64,000 nt of DNA, from NCBI GenBank assembly GCA_958009085.1, contig OY253670.1, positions 310,001 to 374,000 of the forward strand, read 5' to 3'. Below the pieces are notes generated by a model that had not been told where the DNA came from, searched no databases, and saw only the letters and a program-made list of their open reading frames with translations. Source of the DNA: Protoeuglena noctilucae (taxonomy: Eukaryota). Position 1 is the stretch's first letter. Each line of letters opens with the position of its first letter. Shown piece after piece: positions 63,736-64,000 of this stretch. The translations under genes were made by a program, and so were the position numbers.

Positions 63736-64000
63736 TCACAGCTCGTCGGGCAACTGGTACGTCTCGATCTCCCCCGCCTTGTGCTTTGCGTTGTTCATCG
63801 TGCCCCCGCCTTGGAACAAAATCCCCTGCCCCGCGACCCACTGCGCGTTGCTGTTCTGTGGCCACATACGAGTTGCGAAAGTGGAATGGAATGCAAACAA
63901 TTCGATATAAGACGAAGGTGATAAAAGAGTACGCCACTCCCTCATCAGATTCTGACATTGCCTCAGCACAGAGATCGCGTCTCACCGCGACCGGGTGCGC
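63736..64000 (-). CDS. 3' end of a gene entering from beyond the window
   Basis: Donor GCG|GTGAGA at ~63985, acceptor cacag at 63856, exon NSNAQWVAGQGILFQGGGTMNNAKHKAGEIETYQLPDEL*, and downstream TGTAA. Confidence 0.5.

Overview
GC-rich, gene-dense, intron-rich eukaryotic nuclear DNA, most likely a chlorophyte green alga (plastid-function genes HCF173 and TGD3, OPR-repeat genes, TGTAA poly(A)-type signals). The long six-frame ORFs are mostly artefacts of high GC. Manual splicing gives about 19 genes or gene fragments: OPR pseudogene, secreted beta-helix protein, CDPK, CUE-F-box-LRR protein, two-repeat membrane protein, HCF173, TGD3, Deg protease, CDCA7-like zinc finger, ankyrin/low-complexity protein, GLUT-like MFS transporter with nonsense codons, second OPR pseudogene plus beta-helix fragment, SPT16, a ~1900-aa orphan, membrane aspartic protease, folate-type mitochondrial carrier, possible FAM192A homolog and a partial gene. 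There is a 200-N gap. No RNA genes, CRISPR arrays or recognisable transposons were seen. The most unusual signals concern intron biology and gene layout: (1) about one in five introns appears to use a GC donor (AG|GCGAG); (2) many introns contain degenerate 'echo' copies of the adjacent exon end and splice site, offset by 50-140 bp; (3) long introns are G-rich at the 5' end and C-rich at the 3' end; (4) gene strands alternate almost perfectly. All gene models were read by eye and need RNA-seq confirmation.
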